From Selaginella moellendorffii (taxonomy: Eukaryota > Plantae > Lycopodiophyta), in NCBI RefSeq assembly GCF_000143415.4, contig NW_003314261.1:496001-560000 (forward strand): DNA of 64,000 nt, given 5' to 3'. The notes beneath the pieces were generated by a model, which saw nothing but the letters and a program-made list of their open reading frames with translations, had not been told where the DNA came from and did not search any database. The translations under genes and the position numbers were made by a program. Of this stretch, positions 1 to 12,605 are shown piece after piece (the first letter of the stretch is position 1; the number at the start of each line of letters is the position of its first letter).

Positions 1-189
1 CTTTACCCAAACTCTAACCACGAGTATATGGTCAAAGGAGGTCTTATATAATATTTTAAAGGAATATTATAGAATCTTTTTGTATTTCAAATTCTTGGGA
101 TGAAGGCAATTGGCTAGGATCTCATTAATGTTGCATAAGGGTTATAAGAATGAATAAATTAGCTTAGAGAGACAAATATATAGCCCAAA

Positions 190-2780
190 ATGCAAGTCAC
201 TTGCACTTGCTTTTATCATATATGTTGAATGGCCACTGTCAATACCTCATTATTCATAACACCTATCTCCTAGATTATGGGATGAAAAAACATTTAAGCT
301 AATTTGTAAAGATATTTATCAAGAGTGAATCAAATAAAAAATAAGGATTACACCTATTGCATTAACATAGCTTCTTTACTATGATCTAAGCCAAACCTCC
401 CTCACTTTGCTTAGCAATAGCTTCCTTGCTCTATTATGCCCAATATTTCCCAGCTTTGATCGATTTACAAAGCTACAATCCTTGCCTATGAATGATATTT
501 CAAAGTAGAAAACCCTACAAACAATATTAAATATCAATATATTTTATATATTTTTCAAGATCCAAATCACATCCTCATAAAGTAAAGTTGGCTAATATAA
601 GCACAATAGGGTGTAACGAATAAACACTTCAAGATGTCAAAGGTTAAGGATCGTAAAATCATAATTGAAACAATTGTACCAAGAGAAGTTAAAAACTTGA
701 AAGCTTAATGTATTTGATTGCATATGTTTACTAAGATAATTTTAAGAACATTTTTAAACACTGTTAAACCCTTCAGAAAGGGGGTGACCCGTTACCCTCC
801 TTTTTATAATTAACTCTCCTATCGATTTTCTCTAAATCTTTACTATCTTTTAATATAGATTCTCCTATAGGGAATGTAGTCAAACTTTAAGTTTAATCTA
901 TTCTGGGGAAGAAGGGGGCAAAAGAGTTTAGGAATCTATGAACAAATAGCGAACACCCTATTTCTCATGTAGTGAGAAGTTAAAGTTAAGTAAAACTAAG
1001 TAAGAGTTGGTACAATAAGAATGGATCTTAACAAAAAACCTAATTACAACTAAAGCAAAAGATGATCGAATAAACAAAATAAGTTGGTGTAAGCTATAAA
1101 TTTTAATTTCCAATTTGTTAGTTTACCCTACCTATCCAACCACATTTGCCTTTCTAATTAAGTTCCCTTATTAATATTCATGTGAGATGTTAACCAACTC
1201 GTCACAGATTCCTCAAACTCTCTCCCAATCCCCCTTCCTAAGTTAGATTAAATTTAAGGTTCAATTACACTCCCTAGAAACATAAGCAATTAAACACTCT
1301 AAACCTCTAGAAAGGTTCAATTACATTCCCTAGAAACATAAGCAATTAAACACTCTAAACCTCCAAATTCTTACCATCTTATGGTACAATAAAATTTATT
1401 TATGGGACCCTTTAAATCCCAAGCTTTAAATGCATCTCTTAGTTTAGAAACCCAAGGGAAATATCGTGGTTATCAGCGACTAAATTTTCTATTCTACTTT
1501 AGTCACTTAACTACACCTCTGACCACTTGGAGAAGTTTCACTCACAACCTTTATAAGTCCTATTTTGGACTTAGGGAATTGCTAGCCTCAAGAATGGCAT
1601 CCATGCTACTCAACCATTGCACTCAATTTGGAAGCACCATTGAAGAGTTCCTTCAAGATTTATTATCTCTCTACTATACTTTTCTTATAACCCCAGAATG
1701 CAAGCCACTTGCACTTGCTTTTATCATATATGTTGAATAGCCATTGTTAATACCTCATTATTCATAACACTTACCTCCTAGACTATGGGATGAAAAAACA
1801 TTTAAGCTAATTTGTAAAGATATTTATCAAGAGTGAATCAAATAAAAAATAAGGATTACACCTATTACATTAACATAGCTTCTTTATTATGATCTAAGCT
1901 AAGCTTCCTTCACTTTGCTTAGCAATAGCTTCCTTGCTTTATTATGCCCAATATTTCCCAACTTTGTTCGATTTACAAAGCTACAATCCTTGCCCATGAT
2001 TGATATTTCAAAGTAGAAAACCCTACAAACAATATTAAATATCAATATATATTTATATATTTTTCAAGATCTAAATCACATCCTCATAAAGTAAAGTTGG
2101 CTAATATAAGCACAATAGGGTGTAACGAATAAACTCTTCAAGATGTCAAAGGTTAAGGATTGTAAAATCATGATTGAAACAATTGTACCAAGAGAAGTTA
2201 AAAACTTGAAAGCTTAATGTATTTGATTGCATATGTTTATAGGGAGTGTAGTCAAACTTTAAGTTTAATCTATTTTGGGGAAGAAGGGGGCAAAAGAGTT
2301 TAGGAATCTATGAACAAATAGCGAATACCCTATTTCTCATGTAATGAGAAGTTGAAGCTAAGTAAAACTAAATACAATAAGAATGGATCTTAGCAAAAAA
2401 ACCTAACTACAACTAAAGCAAAAAATGGTCGAATAAACAAAATAAGTCGGTGTAAGTTATAAATTTTAATTTCCAATTTGCTAGTTTACCCTGCCTATCC
2501 AACCACATTTGCCTTTCTAATTAAGTTCCCTTACTAATATTCATGTGAAATGTTAACAAACTCGTCACAAATTCCTCAAACTCTCTCCCAATCCCCCTTC
2601 TTAAATTAGACTAAATTTAAGGTTCAATTACACTCCCTAGAAACATAAACAATTAAACACTCTAAACCTCCAAATTCCTACCATCCTATAGTACAATAAA
2701 ATTTATTCATGAGTCATTTTAATTCCCAAGCCTTAAGTGCATCTCTTAATTTAGAAACCCAAGGGAAACATCGTGGCCTA
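190..2780. repeat. Degenerate ~1.5 kb direct tandem duplication of an AT-rich repeat or transposon remnant
   Basis: 190-~730 matches 1697-~2240 (aatgcaag.cacttgcacttgcttttatcatatatgttgaat...) and ~870-1470 matches ~2240-2780. The first copy has a local ~56 bp duplication (1256-1362) that is single in the second copy. Confidence 0.8.
1475..1623 (-). mobile_element. Fragment of the 3' end of the same LTR family as 3819-5792
   Basis: gcgactaaattttctattctactttagtcacttaac... is the reverse complement of the LTR end at ~5640-5790. Confidence 0.8.
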
Positions 2781-3818
2781 ATAGCCCAATATAAATACCT
2801 TAACTCCCCACCTCTGTCCCAAAGGGAATCTCAAGCTTTTAAGAAAGGGTAAGGACTAATGAGCCTTATGATAGACACTATTTTACTTAAGTTAAAAACA
2901 CTATAGTTAATTAGTTTTTCTTTCCAGAGTGGAAGCTATTTTTTAGCACCTTTTTAAAAAAGTCTATTTAGCACTCCTCAAGTCCATACTTACTCCCACC
3001 CAAAGTTACTAACCACCAATCTTAACCTTAACTCAATTTGGAAGTACTATTGGGGAGTTCTTTCAAGACTTATTATCTCTCTATTATACTTTTTTTATAA
3101 GCCCCCCCCCCCCCCCCCCCAATGATCTTTATTAGTATTCAAAGTCTGTCTTGGATTCAATTTTAGATTTAGTCTTATACTCAGTTTTATCTGATGAATT
3201 CTTTATCATTTCGGTCATGATTTTGGGGGATCTTTTAGCATATGACACCTCAATGTATTGGTTTATTATAGTTGCTAAATTGGAAAACAAAATTTATAAC
3301 TTATAGGTGGCAATACAATCTAGTGAGAATTTTGAACCTCTCTTAATTGTTGTTTAGAATGATATATCACCATCAAGTATCCTAGTGGCTAGGCCCATCT
3401 AAAGTGAAAATTGACAACACTAAATTAGCTTTATATAGCCCTATGAGCAAAAAGTATGAAACCTAATAGCATATTATTTAGTAACATATTAATAATTGTA
3501 GCGTAAGCAACTAAATTTTCCATTTTACTTTAATCACTTAACCACATCTTTGACCATATGAAGGCATATCACTCATGACCTCTATAAGTCTTATTCTCAA
3601 CTTATGGACATGCTAGTCCCGAGAATGGCATCTATGCCACTCCACCTTTGCACTTGGTCCAAGTGTTCAATATATCAAATCCTATGGTTAACACCCAAAG
3701 GATACCCATTCAGCTTTATCATATCGGTGGTTCAAAAACACTTGCATCATAGTCCCATCTCTCAAAGACTAGGCCACTCATCCATGAGTGGTCATCCCTT
3801 AACCACATTTTATAAAGA

Positions 3819-5792
3819 TGTGAGACACAAAATCCCTAGGCCCCAAAGTGGAGCCGGAAGGGCGCCACATGGTAGTGGCCGAAGCGAGAGCCAAACGAGC
3901 GTAACACGTTTGGACCAAAAGCTCCGACTTGAAAAGTCAAGAGCGGGAGTGGAACTCCCAACGAAGTGCTCGAGGAACGAGCATGAAGCGAGCAAAAGGC
4001 GAGGCTCCAAAAAGGGACCCAAAAGGACCAACACATGACACGTGGGAGTGTCCGAAATGGACTCGAGTTGGAGTCCGAGATGGACTCGAGTTGGAGTCCG
4101 AAGTGGAGTCCGAGATGGACTCGAGTTGGAGTCCGAAGTGGAGTCCGAGATGGACCCGAGTTGGAGTCCGAAGTGGAGTCCGAGGTGGACCCGAGATGGA
4201 CCCGAGTTGGAGTCCGAAGTGGAGTCCGAGATGGAGTCCGAGATGGAGTCCGAGATGGAGTCCGAGGTGGACCCGAGATGGACCCGAGTTGGAGTCCGAA
4301 GTGGAGTCCGAGATGGACCCGAAATGGAGTCCGAGATGGAGTCCGAGATGGACCCGAGATGGAGTCCGAGATGGAGTCCGAGATGGACCCGAAATGGAGT
4401 CCGAGATGGAGTCCGAGATGGAGTCCGAGATGGACCCGAGATGGAGTCCGAGATGGAGTCCGAGATGGACCCGAGATGGACCCGAGATGGAGTCCGAGAT
4501 GGAGTCCGAGATGGAGTCCGAGATGGACCCGAGATGGAGTCCGAGATGGAGTCCGAGATGGACCCGAGATGGACCCGAGATGGAGTCCGAGATGGAGTCC
4601 GAGATGGAGTCCGAGATGGAGTCCGAAGTCGAGACCGAGACCGGGACCGAGACCGAGATCGGGACCGAGACCGAGACCGAGACCGAGATCGGGACCGAGA
4701 CCGAGACCGAGGCCGAGGCCGAGACCGAGCCCGAGCCCGAGTCCGAGTCCGAATCCGAGTCCGAGTCCGAGTCCGAGTCCGAGTCCGGAGCCTGAGAGGG
4801 TGAAAGCCCAAAGCGTTCGTCTCCCAGACCCTGGGGGGTTTGGTGAGCCCCAAAAGTATAGTAGGGGGGAGGACTGCAGTGGAGCCAGTTTGGCCAGGAA
4901 AGGCCAGTTTGGCCCAGGAAGGCCAGACCCAGTGTTGGGTGATGAGCTGCCCATTGGGAAGTCCAAGACTAGAGTGAACACAGACCGACAAGCGGGGTAG
5001 CTTGGTGAAGTGTTCAAGAGCCGGCTCTAGTTCCCCCGGGAGATCGACTGGCCGATGCTCCCAGTCCAAGTGTGGGTGGCACTACCTACTTGGATACCAA
5101 GCGTGGCTCAATGGAACCTCGCTCTAAGCCCATGGCTAGAGCACCTAAAGGCGATGGGTGGGGAGAGTACCCAGGTGGCTCGCGTAAGGCCACGGTGTTC
5201 CGAAATGTTGTCCCAAAGGCCCAGACTGTGGAAAGGAAGAGGAGCAGTCCTCTGGGGTAGTGACCAAGGACACAGTCATGTGGTGAGGAAGTCCCAGAGG
5301 ACCGTGGGACTTAGTGGTCGGGCCTGTGGGCCTCGATCCAGTGGCAGTGTTGGCAAACACGGCCAGGGGCAGAAAGGGACTTGGTAGGAACTGACAAAGG
5401 GACTTTGGGGAAGGCAACTCCCCAGGTCTGTGGGCATCCTAAGGATGCTAAGGAGTGGATCTAGGATGACCACTCGTGGACACATGGCCCAGTCTTGGAG
5501 AGACGGGGTGGTGATGCAAGTGGTGTTGAACCACTAGTGCAGCAAAGGTGAATGGCCATGGCCTTAGCGTAACGGGCCGAGATGTTAGTGGTACCTTTGG
5601 GTGTCGGTCTCAGGACCGGACACGTGGAGCATTTGGACCAGGTGCAAGTGTGGAGTGGCATGGATGCCATTCTTGGGGCTAGCAAGTCCCAAGTCCTGAA
5701 TTGGACTGATGGAGGTTGTGAATGAGACTCCTCCAAGTGGTCGGAGGTGTGGTTAAGTGACTAAAGTAGAATGGAAAATTTAGTCGCTTACA
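3819..5792 (+). repeat. 5' LTR (~1.97 kb)
   Basis: TGTGAGACAC...AGTCGCTTACA; repeated at 9967-11645. Confidence 0.95.
4057..4790. repeat. LTR-internal minisatellite: mixed 12-mer (GGAGTCCGAGAT) and 11-mer (GGACCCGAGAT) units, followed by hexamer (CCGAGA/CCGAGT) runs
   Basis: Directly visible; the same array occurs at ~10205-10716, with decayed versions at 12850-13460 and 14327-14580. Confidence 0.95.
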
Positions 5793-5795
5793 ATT

Positions 5796-5807
5796 TGGTA
5801 TCGGAGC
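5796..5807 (+). promoter_or_regulatory. Primer-binding site complementary to the tRNA-iMet 3' end
   Basis: TGGTATCGGAGC lies 3 nt after the LTR CA; the canonical plant PBS is TGGTATCAGAGC (one mismatch). Confidence 0.85.
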
Positions 5808-8075
5808 TGTTCCTTAGTCCGACTTTTATTGGTGCTCAAGTATATCACCACTAGTGTTGGCATCGGAAGGTCAGAGGAGTGGGCCTATCCTTGAGGAGTA
5901 GCAAGTCTGGAAGACATGGCTCTCCATTACAGTTCATGTGTGAACTTGTAGACGAGGTGGTGGATAGAAAAGGGCCAATAATGGAACGACTTTGGGATCT
6001 TGGGAACAGTGCAAGGTTTTCCTCATTGAGTTGAGGATGTGATCTGGATGAGCATTTGTCTCAGCAAATTGGCTTAGGTTGTTGTGGTAAACAACTAAAG
6101 TTGGGATCACGGGAAAGATAGAGACTCCAAAACAATAAAGGAGTCACAAGATTATCCTCATATAGTTGAGGTTGGTGCTCATGAATGTGAGACCAAAGGT
6201 AATGACCGTGGAAGGTCAAATACGGAAGAGGACTCAAGTCCTTGAAATGGTAGCCGGGGCTACCTCTAATAAATGCTGGAACAACCCAAGGAGTTGGGGG
6301 TGTATTAAGTGGATGAGTTGGTATTCTCATCACATGGACAAGTAGTCCTAAGGGGCAAAGGTTGCCCCCAGAGAACAAAATCAAGTGTCGGAGTAACACT
6401 TGTGAAAATAGTCCTTTTGAGTAGGACCGGAATGCAAGATGTGTATTCCAGTGAGCTAGTGCCTCACAAGTAGGACCTTACGGGTCGGTGGATTAACCAA
6501 GTCCAAAACTGCTAGACGACTCAAGTAGAGTCAAGGGATGGTCCTAAAAAGGACTGAATGAAGCATTTGGACTGAGGTGCGTTGTACCCCACAAAGGATG
6601 GGGGGGGGATCATAGGATCCAAGGATGAGAACAGAGAGTATCTCATCAATGGCAAAATGTGCCATGCTAAAGTTATGGGAAAGGTGTTCCCAGAAGAAAA
6701 CAACTTTGACATAAAGTTGTGTGTGACCTCTATGGGGCAGTGCTAACAAATGGTTGGCATGAGAAAGAGCGGTGTTGGTCTTGGCAAAGACTTAGACACG
6801 AAGGGAAATGTCATAGAGGTAGGCTCGTGGAGCCGATGGTGTGGAGACACCAAATGTGCCAAGGTGTGATACCTTGAGGCTATGTTGGTGGGTTCATGAG
6901 AACCCCTTGCCAAAGGAATCCCAATGGAAATGGGAATGGCATAGCCTAAGCTGTAGAGCATGCAGTTGGAGTGTGGTGACCCAGATAGTGATGGAGGTGT
7001 GAAAGCACCAAGCAATGAGTTGTAGGACTTGACAACTATGAGGCAACTAAGCAAAAGGTGCAAAATAACTGGTTAAACGGGTAGAAGGTAGCTACCCAAG
7101 ACTTCTAGTATAGGGAAGTCGGATATACCCTTACGGGGGATAAGTTGCTTATGTTGCGATATAGTAAGTCAATGTCATAAAAGGAAATACTCATTGTCAA
7201 GAAAGCCATCATTGGGACACCCGAACACTCTAGAACACCAAAAGGTGGTGTTTGATGTCGCGAGGGCAATGGATAAAGCCCAAGGGACTAAGTCCCTAGC
7301 GAATGATGGATAGAAGGTGCTATCCAAATGTCCAAGGTTGCGGAGATAGGAGAGGACTGTCTACCCAAGTTGGACAAAGCCAAAAATGGAATTTTGGCAA
7401 GGCTAGTGATGGGCATGTAAAGGCCCATAAGCAACAACGTAACCCCAGTGTGTGGGATTATAAGCTGAGCATACCCGGATTGAGGAACCACTCCCTGGGC
7501 TATTGGGTAGGTTCATCCCTAAGAATACTTGCTAAGGCATGATAGAAAGTGCAAAGCTATCCTCCTGGTCTGGAGGAGAATGACCGAAGGAAAGGTGTGA
7601 AGCCAAAGGCAAGTAGTGTTGGGATGGAACTGAACCATAGAAATCAAAGGGCATATCCAATAGTGGTTATGAAAGTTGGGAGTGGAGAATCAAGAGGGTG
7701 CTCGAGGATGTTGTTGCTAGCAACCATGATGCCATAGAGAGTCTAAAATATGGAATTGTCCATGTTAGACTATATGGCAACTATAAAGCTTGCGAAAGGG
7801 GAGGCCTTAGCAAGCTGAGGGACAGAGTTCCTTCAAGGTTCCCAAAGACAATTCTAGGTAGCGTAGTACCTAGAAAGGCCAAGTGTAAATGGTTCATGGA
7901 ACGCGCGAAATCAGAGTGGCGCAGCAGAAGCGTGGTCTTGAAGCTTGCCATGAGGCAAGGTTATCAAGGTTAGGGAAGTAGTTCCCGAGTGTTCAAAGAG
8001 AGGGCTTTGAACGAAAGTCGATGGTCAAGGACTTTCACGCTTATGCAGGAACCATGTTACAATGGTCGGAGAACT

Positions 8076-8312
8076 TGCCAAGTGAGATTGGCACGTCGGG
8101 GGAACAAAGACCCTAGTTGAAGGTGATAACTTCAAAAAGGGTGGGCCATGGGGCCGAGCATGGAGGAGTCCATGCATGATCACAGACATGCCAAGTGAGA
8201 TTGGCACGTCGGGGGAACAAAGACCCTAGTTGAAGGTGATAACTTCAAAAAGGGTGGGCCATGGGGCCGAGCATGGAGGAGTCCATGCATGATCACATAT
8301 ATGTCAAGTGAG
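8076..8312. repeat. 113-bp tandem duplication inside the retroelement
   Basis: tgccaagtgagattggcacgtcgggggaac... starts at both 8076 and 8189. Confidence 0.9.
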
Positions 8313-9952
8313 AGGACTTGGTAGTGTGGAGGAACTAGGTTCCTAAGCTGTGATCTGTAGCGCGCTTTAAAAATAGGTTGGTGCACCGGCGTGGGGAGTC
8401 ACGCCAGGCATCTAGTGTGATGCCGTCCGTAGATGCATATACGGAGGTTGGGTTCGAGTCCCGACCCTCTAGTGCTTGGGTTCGAGTCCCAAATCACTAG
8501 GGCGTGGTGATGGTTTGGAATATGAGGACACTCATATTTTGGTGGTCATGGACTCTCAGTGGGGAGACTGGTTTGGGCACACCGCCAAGCGAGGGATGCC
8601 TCGGAGTCGTGATACACGGTTAGATTGCTTAGTGTGAAAGCTCGGCATATCTAACTTGAACGCTTTGGTGCAAGTGGCACCAAAGTCATGGTGAGTGAGA
8701 TGGGGACACCTAATCTCAGTTGCTATGAACCCTTGGCCGTAAGGGCTAGCTTGGGTGCACCGCCAAGTGTGGGGGATGCCCCCGGGGTTATAGTCAACAA
8801 CTTGGAGGTCTAAAAGACCAAGTACCTCTTGGCAACTCTGTTGAGGTGCCAAGGTGAGATCACTAGGTGATCTTATGGCCAGATAAGGACAAGGTCCTTG
8901 GTTGGCTAAGGAATGAAGTTCCTGGTTCAAAATGTTGAAATTGAACTGTTTAAGATGGTGTGGCTTGGTCGTGATGACCAAGTGGGAAGAGCACCTAAGG
9001 GAAATAAACTATGTCCGTCCGATGGCATAGTAAGTCCGAGGAAAGTAGTCTCTATAAAAGACCCATGGGAGGGTCACGAAGTTGGGCCATGGATAGAGCC
9101 CATAGCAGAATATGCTAAAGAGACATACTAGGGGTGAACATCCTTCGGACTTGGCAAAGAAGAGTCTTTGCTATGGAACCGAAAGGATACCTCAAAAATG
9201 GAGGTAGCGATCCGATGTTGCTGGGTGCAACAATCAAGGATAGGAGCAAAGGACTAGTGGCCAAAGTTTGGGCCATGGAATTTAATGGAAGGGATCCAAA
9301 TGGCAAAGTTAGCCAAGGAACACTAATGTGTTCGATGCTAACAGCTTGTGGGAAAGGAAGCGGACTTTCAAGGACGGATTCCTAAGTGCTCCAATTTGGC
9401 GAAGTAAAGGCTCCAAGTGAGGGAGCGGTAAGGTAGCCAAATGATAGGGCCATGGACAGCCCTAGCACAAAGTATGATAAATGGAACTTTGCCCAAGGTG
9501 GCACGAAATAGAAGAGAGGATGATGGTGCCCTCAAGTAATGAACTTCCTAGGATAGGGAAGTGGAGTTGCACAATCTGTGCAATGCAAGGTTTTGGAGAC
9601 ACCTAGAAAATTGACTTCCAAAAAGTCAAAAGAGTAAAAGTTCCAAGGTGCAAACATTCAATAGATGGAAATTGAGACTACTCGAGAAGGAGTAGTGGGA
9701 TTGACTTAGAGAAGGGTCTCTAAGAGGTTTAGCGAGAACTAAACCAATAAAAGGGGAGAACCATTACATGTGGTCCAATCAGTCTCTAAGTTGGAGAGAC
9801 TACGCCCCTTAAAGGATGGACAAGGCATGGTGAGCCTTTGATGTCAAACCATAGACAAAGATTGGCTAGGTGCCAAGGATGGAAATGGTAACACGTGTGG
9901 GTGTTACTTTATGAAAGGGTTTACCGTTCGATGAGGACATCGAACTTCGTCT

Positions 9953-9966
9953 ATGGGTGGTGGAGT
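9953..9966 (+). promoter_or_regulatory. Polypurine-tract-like site
   Basis: ATGGGTGGTGGAGT immediately before the 3' LTR. Confidence 0.6.
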
Positions 9967-11645
9967 TGTGAGACACAAAATCCCTAGGCCCCAAAGTGGA
10001 GCCGGAAGGGCGCCACATGGTAGTGGCCGAAGCGAGAGCCAAACGAGCGTAACACGTTTGGACCAAAAGCTCCGACTTGAAAAGTCAAGAGCGGGAGTGG
10101 AACTCCCAACGAAGTGCTCGAGGAACGAGCATGAAGCGAGCAAAAGGCGAGGCTCCAAAAAGGGACCCAAAAGGACCAACACATGACACGTGGGAGTGTC
10201 CGAAATGGACTCGAGTTGGAGTCCGAGATGGACTCGAGTTGGAGTCCGAAGTGGAGTCCGAGATGGACTCGAGTTGGAGTCCGAAGTGGAGTCCGAGATG
10301 GACCCGAGTTGGAGTCCGAAGTGGAGTCCGAGGTGGACCCGAGATGGACCCGAGTTGGAGTCCGAAGTGGAGTCCGAGATGGAGTCCGAGATGGAGTCCG
10401 AGATGGAGTCCGAGGTGGACCCGAGATGGACCCGAGTTGGAGTCCGAAGTGGAGTCCGAGATGGACCCGAAATGGAGTCCGAGATGGAGTCCGAGATGGA
10501 CCCGAGATGGAGTCCGAGATGGAGTCCGAGATGGACCCGAAATGGAGTCCGAGATGGAGTCCGAGATGGACCCGAGATGGAGTCCGAGATGGAGTCCGAG
10601 ATGGACCCGAGATGGACCCGAGATGGAGTCCGAGATGGAGTCCGAGATGGAGTCCGAGATGGACCCGAGATGGAGTCCGAGATGGAGTCCGAGATGGACC
10701 CGAGATGGACCCGAGANNNNNNNNNNNNNNNNNNNNNNNNNNNNNNNNNNNNNNNNNNNNNNNNNNNNNNNNNNNNNNNNNNNNNNNNNNNNNNNNNNNN
10801 NNNNNNNNNNNNNNNNCAAGACTAGAGTGAACACAGACCGACAAGCGGGGTAGCTTGGTGAAGTGTTCAAGAGCCGGCTCTAGTTCCCCCGGGAGATCGA
10901 CTGGCCGATGCTCCCAGTCCAAGTGTGGGTGGCACTACCTACTTGGATACCAAGCGTGGCTCAATGGAACCTCGCTCTAAGCCCATGGCTAGAGCACCTA
11001 AAGGCGATGGGTGGGGAGAGTACCCAGGTGGCTCGCGTAAGGCCACGGTGTTCCGAAATGTTGTCCCAAAGGCCCAGACTGTGGAAAGGAAGAGGAGCAG
11101 TCCTCTGGGGTAGTGACCAAGGACACAGTCATGTGGTGAGGAAGTCCCAGAGGACCGTGGGACTTAGTGGTCGGGCCTGTGGGCCTCGATCCAGTGGCAG
11201 TGTTGGCAAACACGGCCAGGGGCAGAAAGGGACTTGGTAGGAACTGACAAAGGGACTTTGGGGAAGGCAACTCCCCAGGTCTGTGGGCATCCTAAGGATG
11301 CTAAGGAGTGGATCTAGGATGACCACTCGTGGACACATGGCCCAGTCTTGGAGAGACGGGGTGGTGATGCAAGTGGTGTTGAACCACTAGTGCAGCAAAG
11401 GTGAATGGCCATGGCCTTAGCGTAACGGGCCGAGATGTTAGTGGTACCTTTGGGTGTCGGTCTCAGGACCGGACACGTGGAGCATTTGGACCAGGTGCAA
11501 GTGTGGAGTGGCATGGATGCCATTCTTGGGGCTAGCAAGTCCCAAGTCCTGAATTGGACTGATGGAGGTTGTGAATGAGACTCCTCCAAGTGGTCGGAGG
11601 TGTGGTTAAGTGACTAAAGTAGAATGGAAAATTTAGTCGCTTACA
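9967..11645 (+). repeat. 3' LTR (contains a 100-N assembly gap at 10717-10816)
   Basis: Matches the 5' LTR outside the gap, apart from one 12-mer repeat unit. Confidence 0.95.
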
Positions 11646-12294
11646 AAAGAACACCCTTCCCCAATTCCCTTTTTCAATCCCCATTAAATCCCTCTCTATC
11701 CATAATTGTGCTCACTAATACCACTCCTAGTTCAAGGCCCGAATGCCCGATCTCTAAGTCCCACTAACCTTTGGGACTTCTTACCATATCCTTAGTCATT
11801 ACATAAGAGGATTGTTCCTCTTCCTTTTCATAGTGCGGGACTTTAGGATGACATTCCAAAATACCATGGCCCTACACAAACCTTGTGGGTACTTTCCCCA
11901 TCTTTCACCTTTAGGTGTTTTAGCTATGAAGCTAGAGCGAGGTTCTGATGAACCACACCAAGTATCTAAGTGGGTAGTGCCACCCATACTTGGATTATGA
12001 ACATCAACCATTCAATCTCCTAGGGAGGTAGAGTTGGCTCTTGAACACTTCACCAAGTTACCTAATTTATTTGACTGCATTCACTCTAGTCTTGGACTCT
12101 TCAATGGTTATAACCTCATCCACCACGTGGGTATAGCCTTCCTTTATCACATTGGCCTTTCTTGACTAAACTAGCTCCACTAGAGTCTTCCCCCTATTAT
12201 ACGTTTGGAGCTCACAAACCCCTTAGAGTTTGGGATTTGGGCTTTCACCCTCGAATTCAAACTCAAACTCGGACTCGGATTTAGACTCGATCTC

Positions 12295-12455
12295 TGTAAT
12301 GCATCCTATCTCTCTCCCTTTAAGGTAATTGGAAAAGGGGGAGAGAATGATAAGAGAGCCCTTAATGGCTATTTTATCCTTATTTATCCTTCAAGGTTCT
12401 AAGGATCCACGGTGACAATATATCCAAATCTCATCCCATGATCACATGCGCTACA
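12295..12455 (-). mobile_element. ~160 bp TG..CA mini-element (probable solo LTR of a TRIM), older copy
   Basis: Reverse-complement match to 13091-13252; interrupts the hexamer part of the old LTR's satellite. Confidence 0.7.
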
Positions 12456-12605
12456 GACTTAGATTTGAACTCGGTCTCGGACTTGGTCTCGGACTTAGTC
12501 TTGGTCTTGAACTCAGTCTCGGACTCAATCTTGGTCTCTTTCTCAGCCTCAACCTTAGACTCCATCAGGGGTCCATCTTGAGCTCCATCTTGGACTCCAT
12601 CTTGG

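Larger units (their letters stand above)
3819..11645 (+). mobile_element. Young intact non-autonomous LTR retrotransposon (LARD-like)
   Basis: TG..CA termini; TSD AAAGA (3814-3818 and 11646-11650); near-identical LTRs 3819-5792 and 9967-11645; PBS and purine-rich PPT; no long ORF in the 4.2 kb interior. Confidence 0.95.

Noticed and set aside
3102-3120. Poly-C tract
   Set aside because: Simple homopolymer with no supporting context.
4057-4790. CRISPR-like appearance of regular repeats
   Set aside because: No unique spacers, no cas genes, eukaryotic context.
3810-5069. Long ORFs in all frames (up to 419 aa; RD, ES and SPRW repeats), also at 9984-10922
   Set aside because: Artefacts of the stop-free LTR minisatellite; no domain content.
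5793-9966. gag/pol coding remnants
   Set aside because: No recognisable zinc knuckle, protease, RT or integrase motifs in the short ORFs; a profile search would be needed to exclude ancient remnants.
10717-10816. 100-N run
   Set aside because: Assembly gap placeholder, not biological.
3819-11645. Retrozyme (hammerhead-containing LTR element)
   Set aside because: I found no CTGATGA..GAAA hammerhead core in the young LTRs, and the element is much larger than typical retrozymes.
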